The position numbers and the translations under genes were made by a program. From the IMG/VR virus record IMGVR_UViG_3300025937_000005: 20,646 nt of DNA; one strand, 5' to 3'. This document shows, piece by piece, positions 1 to 9,137 of the stretch; positions within the stretch are counted from its first letter, which is position 1; each line of letters begins with the position of its first letter. Source of the DNA: an uncultured virus (IMG/VR IMGVR_UViG_3300025937_000005) (lineage: Duplodnaviria > Heunggongvirae > Uroviricota > Caudoviricetes). Under the pieces are notes generated by a model that was not told the DNA's origin, did no database searches, and saw only the letters and a program-made list of their open reading frames with translations.

Positions 1-1
1 G

Positions 2-2179
2 GGCAACAGCGCGGCCCGCTTCAACGTCTTCACCTCATCGGGATACCACCCCGAAATAATCAACTTCAACCATGGGCAGTTGGCAACAAGGGGTTATATG
101 CAGGACACAAAGGACTGGCGTGACATTGAGATGACGGCATATGTAAAGTTGACAGCCTCCACCGATGACCAGTTTGTGATGTATTGTCGTGGCGGCCGGC
201 ACAATGACGCCAACGATGGATGTGAGGGTTTCGCATACAAGGCTGACTTGTATTTTTCAGGTGGTGTGCGTATAGCAAAAGAGCAGTGGCATGTATCCTA
301 TGTTTTTGGCAATGAGCAGCCAGCAATGGGCTCAATAGAAAACAAGTGGGTGGGCATGAAATCTATCTTTTACAACAACGTGGCCAACACCGAGGTAACC
401 ATGGAGATATGGCTGGACAAGAACGCAGACGGCAACTGGACAAAGGTTCTCACCTATGTTGACAAGGGGGGGTTTGGATCCGACGGTGGCCATTGTGGAG
501 GCCGGCCAGACCAGGTGGGAACGTGGGGCGGTCCTGTTGCTACATTCAGGTGGGACAATGTGGACACCATAGACATGAAGTGGTTCTCTGTCAGGGAGAT
601 AGACCCACGTGGCTCCTTTACCGACGGTGGTACTGGTGGAACAACCGGTGGTGGTACTGGTGGTGGAACCGGAACTGGTGGCGGAGGTGAAACGGGAACC
701 GGCACGGGAACTGGAACCGGCACGGGAACAGGTGGGGGTGGCGGCGGTCATATTGTCTGCACAGACAACCCCGTTGTGGTCATCCCTGGTGGTGACAACA
801 CGGCCGGTGACTGCACAAAGACACTCTACAAACTCACAGGCGTTACAAAGGCGTTCAGTGAGGGGTCTTTTGGGATCAGGCATTATGCCAGTGGAAAACC
901 GGACACGGTGACAAAGGAGTGGAACGCAACCAGTGTGACATGGGAGAACATCTGTGTCATCATGTACATACAGATAGATGACCCCGACGATGAGGAGGAC
1001 ACAATAGCGGTCAAGTTCTATGGCAACGGGCATGATGATGGAGAGGGACATTGGTATATCTTCAACATACAGTTCAACAACGGAAAGTGTGGTTGGGGAT
1101 ATGAGGAGCCACACCCAACAACAACATCATATGCCAGTGTCGGTGATTCTGTTGGCTCCATAATAGGCAAGAAGATAGGTTTGCAGATTGTGATATGGAG
1201 AAAGGGGTCAGGCGCACATTGTGAGTCATGGGTTGACACGGGTGATGGCAAGTGGAAGAAAACAACAAGTGTTGACAATCCAGGCGGAAAGGCATATGGA
1301 CCAGAAACTAGTAGGTCTCCCCGTGTCACAATAAGGATTGATGCGGCCCCCCACATCAATATGACATGCACTTCATTAAAACAGATAACACCAAACGGTG
1401 AGTTTACCGGTGTCACTGGAGGTGGCACAACAACAGGCGGAGGCCAAACCTGTGTGTTCATCCCTGATGAGGATACTCCCAGTGGTGGCGACCCCGACAA
1501 TACGAACACCACCGGAACACCGTCAGGGTCAGGCGGCGGAAACCAAAACGAGCCAAGGCCGGTAATGACATTGACAAGGGACTGGACCTTTATCACAAAC
1601 GTCGGTGTTGATGTGGATGACTCATGCACACAGGGCAACCCGCTTGAGACAAGGCAGTTTGTTTCACTGTACAACGTGTCAGGCGAGGATAATGTATACA
1701 GGGACCTGGGCTACACTGTCAACTTTGGTGAGGCGGCAACGGAGGTTGGTGTCTATGTCAACACTGTCCGCTCCGTTTTGTACAACCAAGTCATAAAGAA
1801 GGTGGTGGTCAACGGCATCAAGAGGACGGTTGACGCCTTCTCTGAATCATGCACCGGAACCCTATACTGCATCATAAGAAACTTTGCCACACAGGAAATC
1901 ATGGTTCAGTTTGATGAAGGGATAAACGTTGCCGGAATAGACGTCAATGACCAGGAGTTGGAGTTCACAAAACTTGACAACCTCTACCAAATGAAGGCTG
2001 GAGACATGATCCTTTTGTATTACCAGTCTGATGACGCAAACGCCGACAAGTGCTTGAAGGTAAAGTCAACCACAAAGGACACCGCAGACAGTATAAACAC
2101 CTACCTGATAGCGAGGGTTTATGATGGGTTTTATGGGTATTGGGACGCAGATGCAGGATTGAATATATTCACCCAATAA
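2..2179 (+). CDS. 5'-truncated large beta-rich multidomain protein with Gly/Thr linkers; possible virion adhesin or tail-fibre-like protein
   Basis: The frame is open from base 2 (GNSAARFNVFTSSGYHPEII...), so the gene starts upstream of the window. Domain 1 (GYMQ..DWRDIEMTAYVK, RGGRH, KEQWHVSY, KWVGMK, WGGPVATFRWDN) resembles from memory a secreted domain of Nitrososphaeraceae. Domain 2 looks like a diverged copy. The function is inferred. Confidence 0.75.
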   Translation, partial: GNSAARFNVFTSSGYHPEIINFNHGQLATRGYMQDTKDWRDIEMTAYVKLTASTDDQFVMYCRGGRHNDANDGCEGFAYKADLYFSGGVRIAKEQWHVSYVFGNEQPAMGSIENKWVGMKSIFYNNVANTEVTMEIWLDKNADGNWTKVLTYVDKGGFGSDGGHCGGRPDQVGTWGGPVATFRWDNVDTIDMKWFSVREIDPRGSFTDGGTGGTTGGGTGGGTGTGGGGETGTGTGTGTGTGTGGGGGGHIVCTDNPVVVIPGGDNTAGDCTKTLYKLTGVTKAFSEGSFGIRHYASGKPDTVTKEWNATSVTWENICVIMYIQIDDPDDEEDTIAVKFYGNGHDDGEGHWYIFNIQFNNGKCGWGYEEPHPTTTSYASVGDSVGSIIGKKIGLQIVIWRKGSGAHCESWVDTGDGKWKKTTSVDNPGGKAYGPETSRSPRVTIRIDAAPHINMTCTSLKQITPNGEFTGVTGGGTTTGGGQTCVFIPDEDTPSGGDPDNTNTTGTPSGSGGGNQNEPRPVMTLTRDWTFITNVGVDVDDSCTQGNPLETRQFVSLYNVSGEDNVYRDLGYTVNFGEAATEVGVYVNTVRSVLYNQVIKKVVVNGIKRTVDAFSESCTGTLYCIIRNFATQEIMVQFDEGINVAGIDVNDQELEFTKLDNLYQMKAGDMILLYYQSDDANADKCLKVKSTTKDTADSINTYLIARVYDGFYGYWDADAGLNIFTQ
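624..748 (+). repeat. Low-complexity Gly/Thr linker repeat within the CDS
   Basis: Encodes GGTGGTTGGGTGGGTGTGGGGETGTGTGTGTGTGTGGGGGG; GGAACCGGCACGGGAAC occurs at 695-711 and 713-729. Confidence 0.9.
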
Positions 2180-2187
2180 CTGTAGTT

Positions 2188-2226
2188 AGTAACCCTTTAA
2201 TTTGACCTGTAGAAAACAGGGTTACT
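2188..2226. promoter_or_regulatory. 9-bp inverted repeat abutting the MCM start
   Basis: AGTAACCCT (2188-2196) and AGGGTTACT (2218-2226) are perfect reverse complements with a 21-nt spacer; the TTG start is at 2227. Confidence 0.5.
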
Positions 2227-4395
2227 TTGAGTGATACAGACAATGAGGTTCTATCTGATAATGCGATAATAGAGAAATTCCAAAACTTTTTTAATGATTT
2301 TACCATGTTCGGGGCCGGGACAATCTATCCCTACTTTGAGCAGATACAATCACTGCTTTACAAACAGGACAAGGTTGTAACAATAAGGCATATTGACCTT
2401 GATGCTGAACTGTTGAATTTCTTCTTTAACAATAAGGATGTGGAATACAACCTGAAACTTTTAACCCAGGCCGCCAAAAATGTCTACCATGAGTATTATC
2501 CTGATGACCCCGATTGGGAAAATGTGCAGGCCAAACTGTCCATAGATGACAAGGCGTTACTGACAAACATGCGGGACATAAACGTGTCCCACCGCAGCAA
2601 ACTAATATCGTTTGACTCAACCATTGTTTCCAAGTCGGAGCGCAAATCCACTTTCTCACAAAAGGTTTTCAAGTGTTCTGTCTGCGGTGAGTTATACCCC
2701 AAGAAGCAAAACAGGTGTGTAAATGAGGATTGCGGCACAAAGACAATCAACGTTTCCATTTCCGATTCCAAACTAACTGACTGTGAGTATATCGAATGCC
2801 AGGAAAGGCAGGAGGATTTGCTGTCCAATGCCACCATTCCAACCTCCATTGACGTGAAGGTATATGGGAATTTGGTGGGCAAGTTCAAGCCCGGTGACAA
2901 TGTTCGTGTTGTTGGCATCATAAAGATACAGAAGACAACGACAAGTGATGCTGTATTGAACAGGTCAGATGATGAGGAGTTTTCATCTGACTTGCTGTTT
3001 GACATTGTGATGGAGGCGCACAACATACAACTTCTGTCATCACAGCAAAACTCCATAATAACAAACCCGGCCAACTATTTATCGGATGAGGATGTGGCTG
3101 CCATCCACAAACTCAGAAAGAAATATTCTAACGACGAGGATTTGATGAATGTTCTAGTTAATTCATTTGCCTCCCACATCTACGGACATGAGAGGATTAA
3201 GGAGGCCATTCTACTGCAAAACATTGGCTCCGTTGACATACAATTGGATGAAGGGGTAAGGAACCGGGGCAAGATAAACATCTTTTTGGTGGGAGACCCA
3301 GGTGTTACAAAGACAAGGTTGTTGCAGGCAGCAGCCCGCATATCCATAAACGGACAGATGGCATCAGGTAAGGGGGCTTCGGGTGTTGGGCTTACCGCAT
3401 CAGTGGAATCAGATGGAGGTAGTGGTAAGGGAGTAAAGAAACTGAGGATAGGCGCTGCTGTCCTGGCTCACAATGGTCATCTATCTTTGGATGAATACTC
3501 AAACATCCATGAGGATGATAGGGCATATCTGCTTGACTGCATGGAATCCGGGACTTTCAGGGTAAACAAGGGTGGTATTAATGCAGTGCTGAATGCCGAC
3601 GCTTCCTTTTTGGTGGCAACCAATCCCGATTCAGGCAAATACAACAGGTTCAACACACTCTTTGAAAACGTCACAATCTCTGATCAGTTGTTTTCCCGTT
3701 TTCATATCACTTTCGTCATGCCCGATATTGTCAACAGGGAACTTGATGAAAAAATAGCCATGCATATAATGTCTTCCTATGACAACTCCATACTAAAAAG
3801 GCACGCTGACAAGTTAAGACAGCCATCTGACATTAAGGCCAAAATACCAAATGACCTGTTGGTAAAATATCTCTTATACGCAAAGATAAACAACACACAG
3901 GATATCCGCATAACAAACGAGGCAATGGAAATATTCATGGCGTTTTACCATGAGATTCGCACACCGGAAAAGGCGGCCGACATTACGGCAACCCCACGTC
4001 AGTTGGAGGGAATGCTAAAGTTTGGGATAGCAAGGTGCAGGGCAATGCTCCGTAACTCCGTAACGGGAGAGGACGCAATGAGAACAGTTTCAGCCCTTTC
4101 ATACGGATACCACACATGCGGCATGATAACAACAACGGGGGGCATGAACCTAACAGCGGAGTATTCAAAGCCATTGGACAAGATAAAGCCGTTGCAGGCT
4201 TTCCGTCTGGTCATGCTCAACCTGACAAAAGACAACACCATCCCAGTGAAAAAGGAAACTGTTATTCTGGAACTGGTGGAAAAGGCAAAAATGGAAACAT
4301 CAAAGGCCTATGAGTTGTTCAACAAGGAGTATGACAGCAACAGGCTGCTTCAAAACGAAAAGAGGGAATTTCTTTTGATGGATAAATATTCTTAG
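2227..4395 (+). CDS. mcm: MCM replicative helicase (archaeal/viral type)
   Basis: C4 zinc finger (CSVC...CVNEDC), OB-fold KPGDNVRVVGI, IYGHERIKEAILL, Walker A LVGDPGVTKT, SGVGLTASV, Walker B LSLDEY, MESGT, arginine finger LFSRF, sensor-2 TPRQLEG. Confidence 0.97.
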   Translation: MSDTDNEVLSDNAIIEKFQNFFNDFTMFGAGTIYPYFEQIQSLLYKQDKVVTIRHIDLDAELLNFFFNNKDVEYNLKLLTQAAKNVYHEYYPDDPDWENVQAKLSIDDKALLTNMRDINVSHRSKLISFDSTIVSKSERKSTFSQKVFKCSVCGELYPKKQNRCVNEDCGTKTINVSISDSKLTDCEYIECQERQEDLLSNATIPTSIDVKVYGNLVGKFKPGDNVRVVGIIKIQKTTTSDAVLNRSDDEEFSSDLLFDIVMEAHNIQLLSSQQNSIITNPANYLSDEDVAAIHKLRKKYSNDEDLMNVLVNSFASHIYGHERIKEAILLQNIGSVDIQLDEGVRNRGKINIFLVGDPGVTKTRLLQAAARISINGQMASGKGASGVGLTASVESDGGSGKGVKKLRIGAAVLAHNGHLSLDEYSNIHEDDRAYLLDCMESGTFRVNKGGINAVLNADASFLVATNPDSGKYNRFNTLFENVTISDQLFSRFHITFVMPDIVNRELDEKIAMHIMSSYDNSILKRHADKLRQPSDIKAKIPNDLLVKYLLYAKINNTQDIRITNEAMEIFMAFYHEIRTPEKAADITATPRQLEGMLKFGIARCRAMLRNSVTGEDAMRTVSALSYGYHTCGMITTTGGMNLTAEYSKPLDKIKPLQAFRLVMLNLTKDNTIPVKKETVILELVEKAKMETSKAYELFNKEYDSNRLLQNEKREFLLMDKYS

Positions 4396-4412
4396 TAAAA
4401 TGATTTGACTAA

Positions 4413-4673
4413 TCAATCCCTATTTCTAATTACCATATATTTTTCATTCCACTTGTTTTGTTTGTAGAACTTTGCAATCTTGATGTGGCGGCATTCACCC
4501 TTGTAGTTCAACCCGATACAAAACCTTTCACAGTTGCATATCCATTCATCAGTCCGGCGGGACTGAAAGACTTCCCACTTGGGTATCTTTGATTTACGGG
4601 AACGGGATGGTATGTAATATTTGTCTAATTCAACATTGTATTCAACAGTCTGGATTTCCTTTTGTGTTATCAT
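4413..4673 (-). CDS. SWIM zinc-finger protein
   Basis: WICNC-x11-CRHIK matches the CxC...CxH SWIM pattern and is preceded by YYIPSRS. Confidence 0.75.
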   Translation of the reverse strand: MITQKEIQTVEYNVELDKYYIPSRSRKSKIPKWEVFQSRRTDEWICNCERFCIGLNYKGECRHIKIAKFYKQNKWNEKYMVIRNRD

Positions 4674-4707
4674 TCCATTTGCATATTATCCAACCAATAT
4701 AAAATCC

Positions 4708-4753
4708 TATATATACCTAAGTAACAAAGTAACAAGGTAATAAGATATAAATA
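4708..4753. promoter_or_regulatory. Divergent promoter region with an octamer array between two TATA-like boxes
   Basis: TATATATA (4708-4715), then TAAGTAAC AAAGTAAC AAGGTAAT (4718-4741), 4 nt, and TATAAATA (4746-4753), 35 nt before the ATG at 4781. Confidence 0.65.
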
Positions 4754-4780
4754 TTAGTTAACCTTAACGAAAATTACAAT

Positions 4781-5374
4781 ATGTCTACACAAGTAGAAAT
4801 TAATGAATTCAGGAAATTACAGGAGAATGTTCAGACGCCGGGGCCAAAATGCAACCGGTGTTTTTACGACTTAATATGGGATAAACCAACATCAGAACAA
4901 CTATTTGGAGTTGGTAAGAACAGGCCGTTTGAGATGACCAAAGGCACAAGCCATACCTGCCCAATGGACCAGCAAAACAACTACATAACCAGAAGGGGAT
5001 ACACCAAGGACAATGGAACAGGTAAGGTTATCTGGATTGGCGGTCCTTCACAGCAGCAACCACAACCAGGACAAACATCATTACATCAACAACAGCCAGC
5101 AACAGATGGAGTAACCCTTACAACAGTCATGGCACAGATAGGCGGTCTGACAAACAGCATTGAGCAGTTAGCAGCCGCCTACAACACAATGGTCACAAAA
5201 CAAAACCAGGATATCGCTGCCCTGAAAACAATGGTTGATGAATACATAAAGCACAACCCACTTGAAAAATCCTTTTTGGAGTTGACAAAACAGATGATGT
5301 CCTACTTGCCGGAGGCGGAATTCCAGCCAAGAACAGCAGACCAGTATAAGGTGGGGTTTGAGTCAACACAATGA
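4781..5374 (+). CDS. Hypothetical protein with an N-terminal CxxC...HxC motif, Gln-rich linker and coiled coil
   Basis: CNRC...HTCP motif; heptad-like C-terminal half; TATA box upstream. Confidence 0.75.
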   Translation: MSTQVEINEFRKLQENVQTPGPKCNRCFYDLIWDKPTSEQLFGVGKNRPFEMTKGTSHTCPMDQQNNYITRRGYTKDNGTGKVIWIGGPSQQQPQPGQTSLHQQQPATDGVTLTTVMAQIGGLTNSIEQLAAAYNTMVTKQNQDIAALKTMVDEYIKHNPLEKSFLELTKQMMSYLPEAEFQPRTADQYKVGFESTQ

Positions 5375-5493
5375 ACCGTCTTAGGTGTAACAACTGCAAC
5401 AAGGAAATGATGTTTTATGAAAAACATGACTTGTGTTATTCCTGTGTAACAACACTTATGGAACAACACAATCAAAACGGAAACGGCAGATGA
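5371..5493 (+). CDS. 40-aa CxxC zinc-finger microprotein (absent from the ORF track)
   Basis: MNRLRCNNCNKEMMFYEKHDLCYSCVTTLMEQHNQNGNGR; ATGA overlaps with both neighbouring genes. Confidence 0.75.
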   Translation: MNRLRCNNCNKEMMFYEKHDLCYSCVTTLMEQHNQNGNGR

Positions 5494-5636
5494 TTTGTGA
5501 TGGTTGTCTCAAAGACGTATTTGAAAATTCAATCACTTGGCGCACCGTCTTTACAGAAAAGGGCAAGAAAACTATCCTCCTGTGTAGGAGGTGCATAAAA
5601 AGAAGTGAAGACAGACCAAGACACCCAAACCGATAG
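5490..5636 (+). CDS. 48-aa CxxC zinc-finger microprotein
   Basis: MICDGCLK...LLCRRCIK; the ATG at 5490 overlaps the previous TGA and is preferred over the track start at 5433. Confidence 0.7.
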   Translation: MICDGCLKDVFENSITWRTVFTEKGKKTILLCRRCIKRSEDRPRHPNR

Positions 5637-5847
5637 GGACCAAAAAAAGAAAATAACCGAGACAATAGAGGAAATCATACCGGATGACACAACCTCCGAC
5701 AAGAAGGATTTGGACGTGTTGGTGGAGCCGGAAAACCAATATGCCTGCTTCAACTGCGGGTATAGGATGATAGCAATAAAGGCATGCATGCTAAGGTGCA
5801 TCAACTGCGGCGCAACAAAGGATTGCAGTGAAAAGGCGATATGGTAG
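5605..5847 (+). CDS. Small zinc-ribbon protein
   Basis: Acidic N-terminus, then CFNC...CINCG; tightly packed in the operon. Confidence 0.7.
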   Translation: MKTDQDTQTDRDQKKKITETIEEIIPDDTTSDKKDLDVLVEPENQYACFNCGYRMIAIKACMLRCINCGATKDCSEKAIW

Positions 5848-6143
5848 TAAGAACAAAGGAACAGCAAATACAGCATGAAAAGCACTGGCAGACTCTGTAT
5901 TACCTGAGAAACAACCCGGTCAACCACCACGCAAAATGCCAGTCTGAGGTATGCATAAACCAGCGCACGGCTGCCCGCATCTCACCAAGGGACAGGTATG
6001 TAAACGGCAGATACAAATACTGTGGAATGTGCCAGACACCATATCCATCATCAATCGGACTGAGGTGTCCCTGCTGCTCCCACGTTATGAGAATCAGGTC
6101 CAAGTATGCCAAGTCAAAGGAACAGCAAGTGGTAAGGTATTAG
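5841..6143 (+). CDS. Small Cys-rich protein (RY..G...CxxC...CPCC...R family)
   Basis: CQSEVC...RYVNGRYKYCGMC...RCPCCSHVMRIRS; paralogous to the ORFs at 14544 and 18913. Confidence 0.75.
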   Translation: MVVRTKEQQIQHEKHWQTLYYLRNNPVNHHAKCQSEVCINQRTAARISPRDRYVNGRYKYCGMCQTPYPSSIGLRCPCCSHVMRIRSKYAKSKEQQVVRY

Positions 6144-6148
6144 CAGAG

Positions 6149-6508
6149 ATGAGAGAACACCTAATCAGGACCAGGAAAACCCGGCTCTATTCAGAGTTAA
6201 ATGGTACTAATCATTATGTTGTCAAAGACCCCATAAACAGAAAACAAACCTCCTATGCAACCAAGATAGTAAAGGATGACATAACCAACTTTTTCAGGGA
6301 AAACAACCAACTGGACTACACCATTTCCGAAGTAGCCCGGACCCTGCACTACAGATACAACTCCCTGAAATACCACATACAGCAGATGGTTGTCAAGGGT
6401 GAACTTGTAATCATAAGGGACATGGGTAATGGCTGCACATACCAACTAAGTGAGTGGCGTGATTCCAAAGTTATAGAGGAGGTCAAGCGAATAAGTGTCG
6501 GTTTATAA
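6149..6508 (+). CDS. Winged helix-turn-helix protein
   Basis: The ATG at 6149 follows the upstream stop; YTISEVARTLHYRYNSLKYHIQQMVVKGELVII followed by a wing hairpin. Confidence 0.7.
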   Translation: MREHLIRTRKTRLYSELNGTNHYVVKDPINRKQTSYATKIVKDDITNFFRENNQLDYTISEVARTLHYRYNSLKYHIQQMVVKGELVIIRDMGNGCTYQLSEWRDSKVIEEVKRISVGL

Positions 6509-7130
6509 TTCATCTTATTCCGGGGCCAACGACTCAGACAGGACAACCAGGGCCAAATCCATACTACAGAAAATAATCCCACAGCAGATGAATGAAAGGG
6601 GATTCAAGACAACCATAAAGACCGAATGCCCGGCCATCTTTATAGACCCCAAACCTGTTGCGTATCACCTGGATTTGGGTGTCCTGTTCCGCTCCAAAAC
6701 GGAATACGACTTTTACCATTTTTTTGCAGTGGAGATAGACGACTCAGCCCACGCCACAATAAGGCATGAAAGAAAGGATGAGCAGCGTGACGATTCCTTT
6801 TTCACCTCAAAGGGGATAGTAACCTGCCGCATACCAATCGACAAGATATTTGAGGAAAAAAAGGATGAATCAAGATTTTTCGACAAGTGGATTTACAACG
6901 ACATTTTAACTGCCTATATCATAACCCCGGCCGACAACACCAAACAGGAGATATGGTCAGAACTCAACAGGAAATTCGCCATCGAACTAAAGGAAAACTC
7001 ATCAACCCAATGCTCCAAGTGTGACCACAAGGCCCATCAGCATTCATTGACAGGCTGCGAGTTTAGGCTGACCAACAAATCAAAGATGAAATGCAACTGC
7101 AAGAATCCATATTTCAGGTCAGATGAGTAG
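6495..7130 (+). CDS. DUF559/Vsr-like PD-(D/E)xK endonuclease with a C-terminal Cys/His cluster
   Basis: YHLDLG...FAVEIDDSAH...KDEQRDD...KGIVTCRI pattern; CSKCDH...H...C...CNC tail. Confidence 0.7.
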   Translation: MSVYNSSYSGANDSDRTTRAKSILQKIIPQQMNERGFKTTIKTECPAIFIDPKPVAYHLDLGVLFRSKTEYDFYHFFAVEIDDSAHATIRHERKDEQRDDSFFTSKGIVTCRIPIDKIFEEKKDESRFFDKWIYNDILTAYIITPADNTKQEIWSELNRKFAIELKENSSTQCSKCDHKAHQHSLTGCEFRLTNKSKMKCNCKNPYFRSDE

Positions 7131-7655
7131 TTTATCATTCACAGGTTTATAGGCATATGTCCTCATTTCTTTTATTTCTTTTAAACTTGTGAATATTCTT
7201 GTTATGAAATATGTTTTAGAATCATCAGTATTTAGGTAAAGTTCCAGTTTTCCCGCTCTTGTGAATTTCACTGAACGTATATTTTCAATATTGAGATAGT
7301 CATCAACCACCACATACCAGTATTGCAGTTTCTTTCCCTTTGTTTTTGGTTTTGCGAACTTGAACGCCAGCACGATATAACGCCAGGGATAGACATTGAA
7401 CATATGTAATATGTCCCTGCACCTCATTAACTGGTCATTGGGGATATAGCAGGCATCAGATAAGGTGGACTTACACTCCATTGAGAAAAGCATCTGTCTA
7501 CCACTGCTGGTTGCCACCACATCAGGCAGCCCGGTTGATGAACCTCCTAACCTACGGGCCGTCCATCCACTGTTATTGAAGTCATCCACTATATGTTTCT
7601 CAAAAGTGTAACCCCTCTCACGTCTTCGGTTAGTTGTTGACGGGGACAGTGGCAG
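7119..7655 (-). CDS. hjc: Archaeal Holliday junction resolvase (thaumarchaeal-like)
   Basis: RRRERGYTFEKHIV...GWTARRLG.SS..LPDVVA...SMECKS...IPNDQL...IVLAFKF. The conserved N-terminal G..E helix lies upstream of the track GTG (7589); the frame is open to CTG 7655, bounded by TGA at 7658-7656. Confidence 0.85.
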   Translation of the reverse strand: MPLSPSTTNRRRERGYTFEKHIVDDFNNSGWTARRLGGSSTGLPDVVATSSGRQMLFSMECKSTLSDACYIPNDQLMRCRDILHMFNVYPWRYIVLAFKFAKPKTKGKKLQYWYVVVDDYLNIENIRSVKFTRAGKLELYLNTDDSKTYFITRIFTSLKEIKEMRTYAYKPVNDKLLI

Positions 7656-7932
7656 TCACTTCTTCTTTTTTGTTCTGTGTCTTACTGTTGTCTTCCCTTG
7701 ATTTTTTCTGGGCCGCTGTCTCCCTTTCCTCTTCCGCTTCCTCAATGTCCAAAGCCCTGTTCATCAGGTAATGCATTGCGTCTGATTTTGTCCTGAATCT
7801 TTTGGTTCGGACAACAAACAAATTAAGCCTATCCACCAATGCTATCTTTGCCGGGTCGTTGTTGATGTTCATCACAAGTTTGTCACGGTAAATCCCGCCG
7901 ACATTCTCTTTGTTTTTTATTGTTGTTGTCAT
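7630..7932 (-). CDS. Hypothetical protein, possible ribbon-helix-helix DNA-binding protein
   Basis: KLVMNI strand, a helix, then FRTKSDAMHYLMNRAL; charged tail. Confidence 0.6.
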   Translation of the reverse strand: MTTTIKNKENVGGIYRDKLVMNINNDPAKIALVDRLNLFVVRTKRFRTKSDAMHYLMNRALDIEEAEEERETAAQKKSREDNSKTQNKKEEVTATVPVNN

Positions 7933-7982
7933 ATATCTATACGGATAACAATAACACCTCGGTATTATTATACCTTATTATT

Positions 7983-8030
7983 TTGGTAACTAAGTAATAA
8001 AGTAATTAGGTAGCTAAATGATTAGGTAAA
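7983..8030. repeat. Six-unit degenerate octamer array (intergenic)
   Basis: TTGGTAAC TAAGTAAT AAAGTAAT TAGGTAGC TAAATGAT TAGGTAAA. Confidence 0.75.
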
Positions 8031-8045
8031 TAAAAAAAATGGATG

Positions 8046-8228
8046 TTAGATTTCATGGCCACTGTCAAAATGCATAACTTTATTCCTTCTGTCCCTGTAT
8101 GCAACAAAACTAACATAGCAGTTTTTACAGTAAATTATTTCAGGTATTTCGGTTATCTCTGCTAACGGTTTATTCAACTCATGTTTATCTTTGACATGGC
8201 AGTTCCACCAGTTTCTAAAGTATCCCAT
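8046..8228 (-). CDS. Small Cys/His protein
   Basis: 60 aa, C....H...YCKNC; overlaps the kinase stop. Confidence 0.6.
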   Translation of the reverse strand: MGYFRNWWNCHVKDKHELNKPLAEITEIPEIIYCKNCYVSFVAYRDRRNKVMHFDSGHEI

Positions 8229-8895
8229 GGCGTATCAGTATCCTCTCACATTCCCTAAATGTGGTTTCCTCCAACGCCTCAACCCCAAACCACTTTTCTA
8301 TCTTCTTTTCAGATTCCAGTCGATACATCAACTCCTGGTATTGCTCCTGCCCCTGCTTTATCATCTGCTGCGGGGTCAGCAACTGCACCTCATTGGCTAT
8401 TCCCTCCTCCGTTTCCACCCACACAGCATTGTCATACACAGGAAACTCACGGATGAGCCTGTTCTTGTTTTCCTGTTCCGTTATCCTAAGCAGCAAAACC
8501 ACGTCAGGCTTTAGGTAATGTGACTCTATCCATACCGGATTGATGGAAACACCATGCATGTATGCGTAAACATAATTAGAGGGGTAATACCTGTCCAGAA
8601 AATACACCTTGGATACATCATGTATGTCCCTTAGTGTGCAAAACTGGCGGAAATCAAGGTCAAACAACTGGTGTATTATCTCAAGGTAGTTCAGGATTTT
8701 ATGGGGGTCCGACATCTTGGAAATCTCCCTATACAGGAAAACAATCTTTGCCACGATTTTCCTACTGTATGGAAACTTTATCACCTGTATCTGCTTGCCA
8801 TATATTTCCTTGAACTGGTTAATCACTGTCGTCTTGCCGACCCTGTTGATTCCCTCCAACAACACAACCTTGGGCAATATGCGATGGTCTTTCAT
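8215..8895 (-). CDS. tmk: Thymidylate kinase-like nucleotide kinase
   Basis: P-loop VLLEGINRVGKTT, IKFP, FLDRYYPSNYVY, KPDVVLLL. Confidence 0.88.
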   Translation of the reverse strand: MKDHRILPKVVLLEGINRVGKTTVINQFKEIYGKQIQVIKFPYSRKIVAKIVFLYREISKMSDPHKILNYLEIIHQLFDLDFRQFCTLRDIHDVSKVYFLDRYYPSNYVYAYMHGVSINPVWIESHYLKPDVVLLLRITEQENKNRLIREFPVYDNAVWVETEEGIANEVQLLTPQQMIKQGQEQYQELMYRLESEKKIEKWFGVEALEETTFRECERILIRHGIL

Positions 8896-9137
8896 TTCGG
8901 CAAATCCTCAAACCTTATGTTGTCAATAATACTGTTCTTTCCAAATTTGGATAGACAGTCACCGCATATTACCATAGCCCTCATCAGGGGAATCAGTCTT
9001 GCATCGCTGATTGTTTTTCTTTCCTCATCTGAATATTCATAGAGCCGGGCCTTACAAACATCACATTCTATGAATGGTGAATCTATCATTTCTGTGTAAG
9101 TTTCTCCGGCCTTTTGTAGGTTATCAATGCTTCCCAT
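8892..9137 (-). CDS. Small CxxC zinc-finger protein
   Basis: CDVC...CGDC; ATGA overlap with the kinase gene. Confidence 0.65.
   Translation of the reverse strand: MGSIDNLQKAGETYTEMIDSPFIECDVCKARLYEYSDEERKTISDARLIPLMRAMVICGDCLSKFGKNSIIDNIRFEDLPK

Noticed and set aside
624..748. Repeats as a CRISPR array or DGR repeat
   Set aside because: Codon-phased Gly/Thr linker with no spacers and no reverse transcriptase.
332..1674. Long minus-strand ORFs 332-1114 and 1018-1674
   Set aside because: Antisense shadows of the well-supported plus-strand gene, with no motifs.
2426..4313. Alternative ORFs within mcm
   Set aside because: Fully overlap a conserved gene; no independent evidence.
7659..7672. 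AAAAAAG slippery site fusing the RHH-like ORF to Hjc
   Set aside because: Hjc is in the +1 frame with a TGA just downstream of the run; a -1 shift enters a different frame that soon stops.
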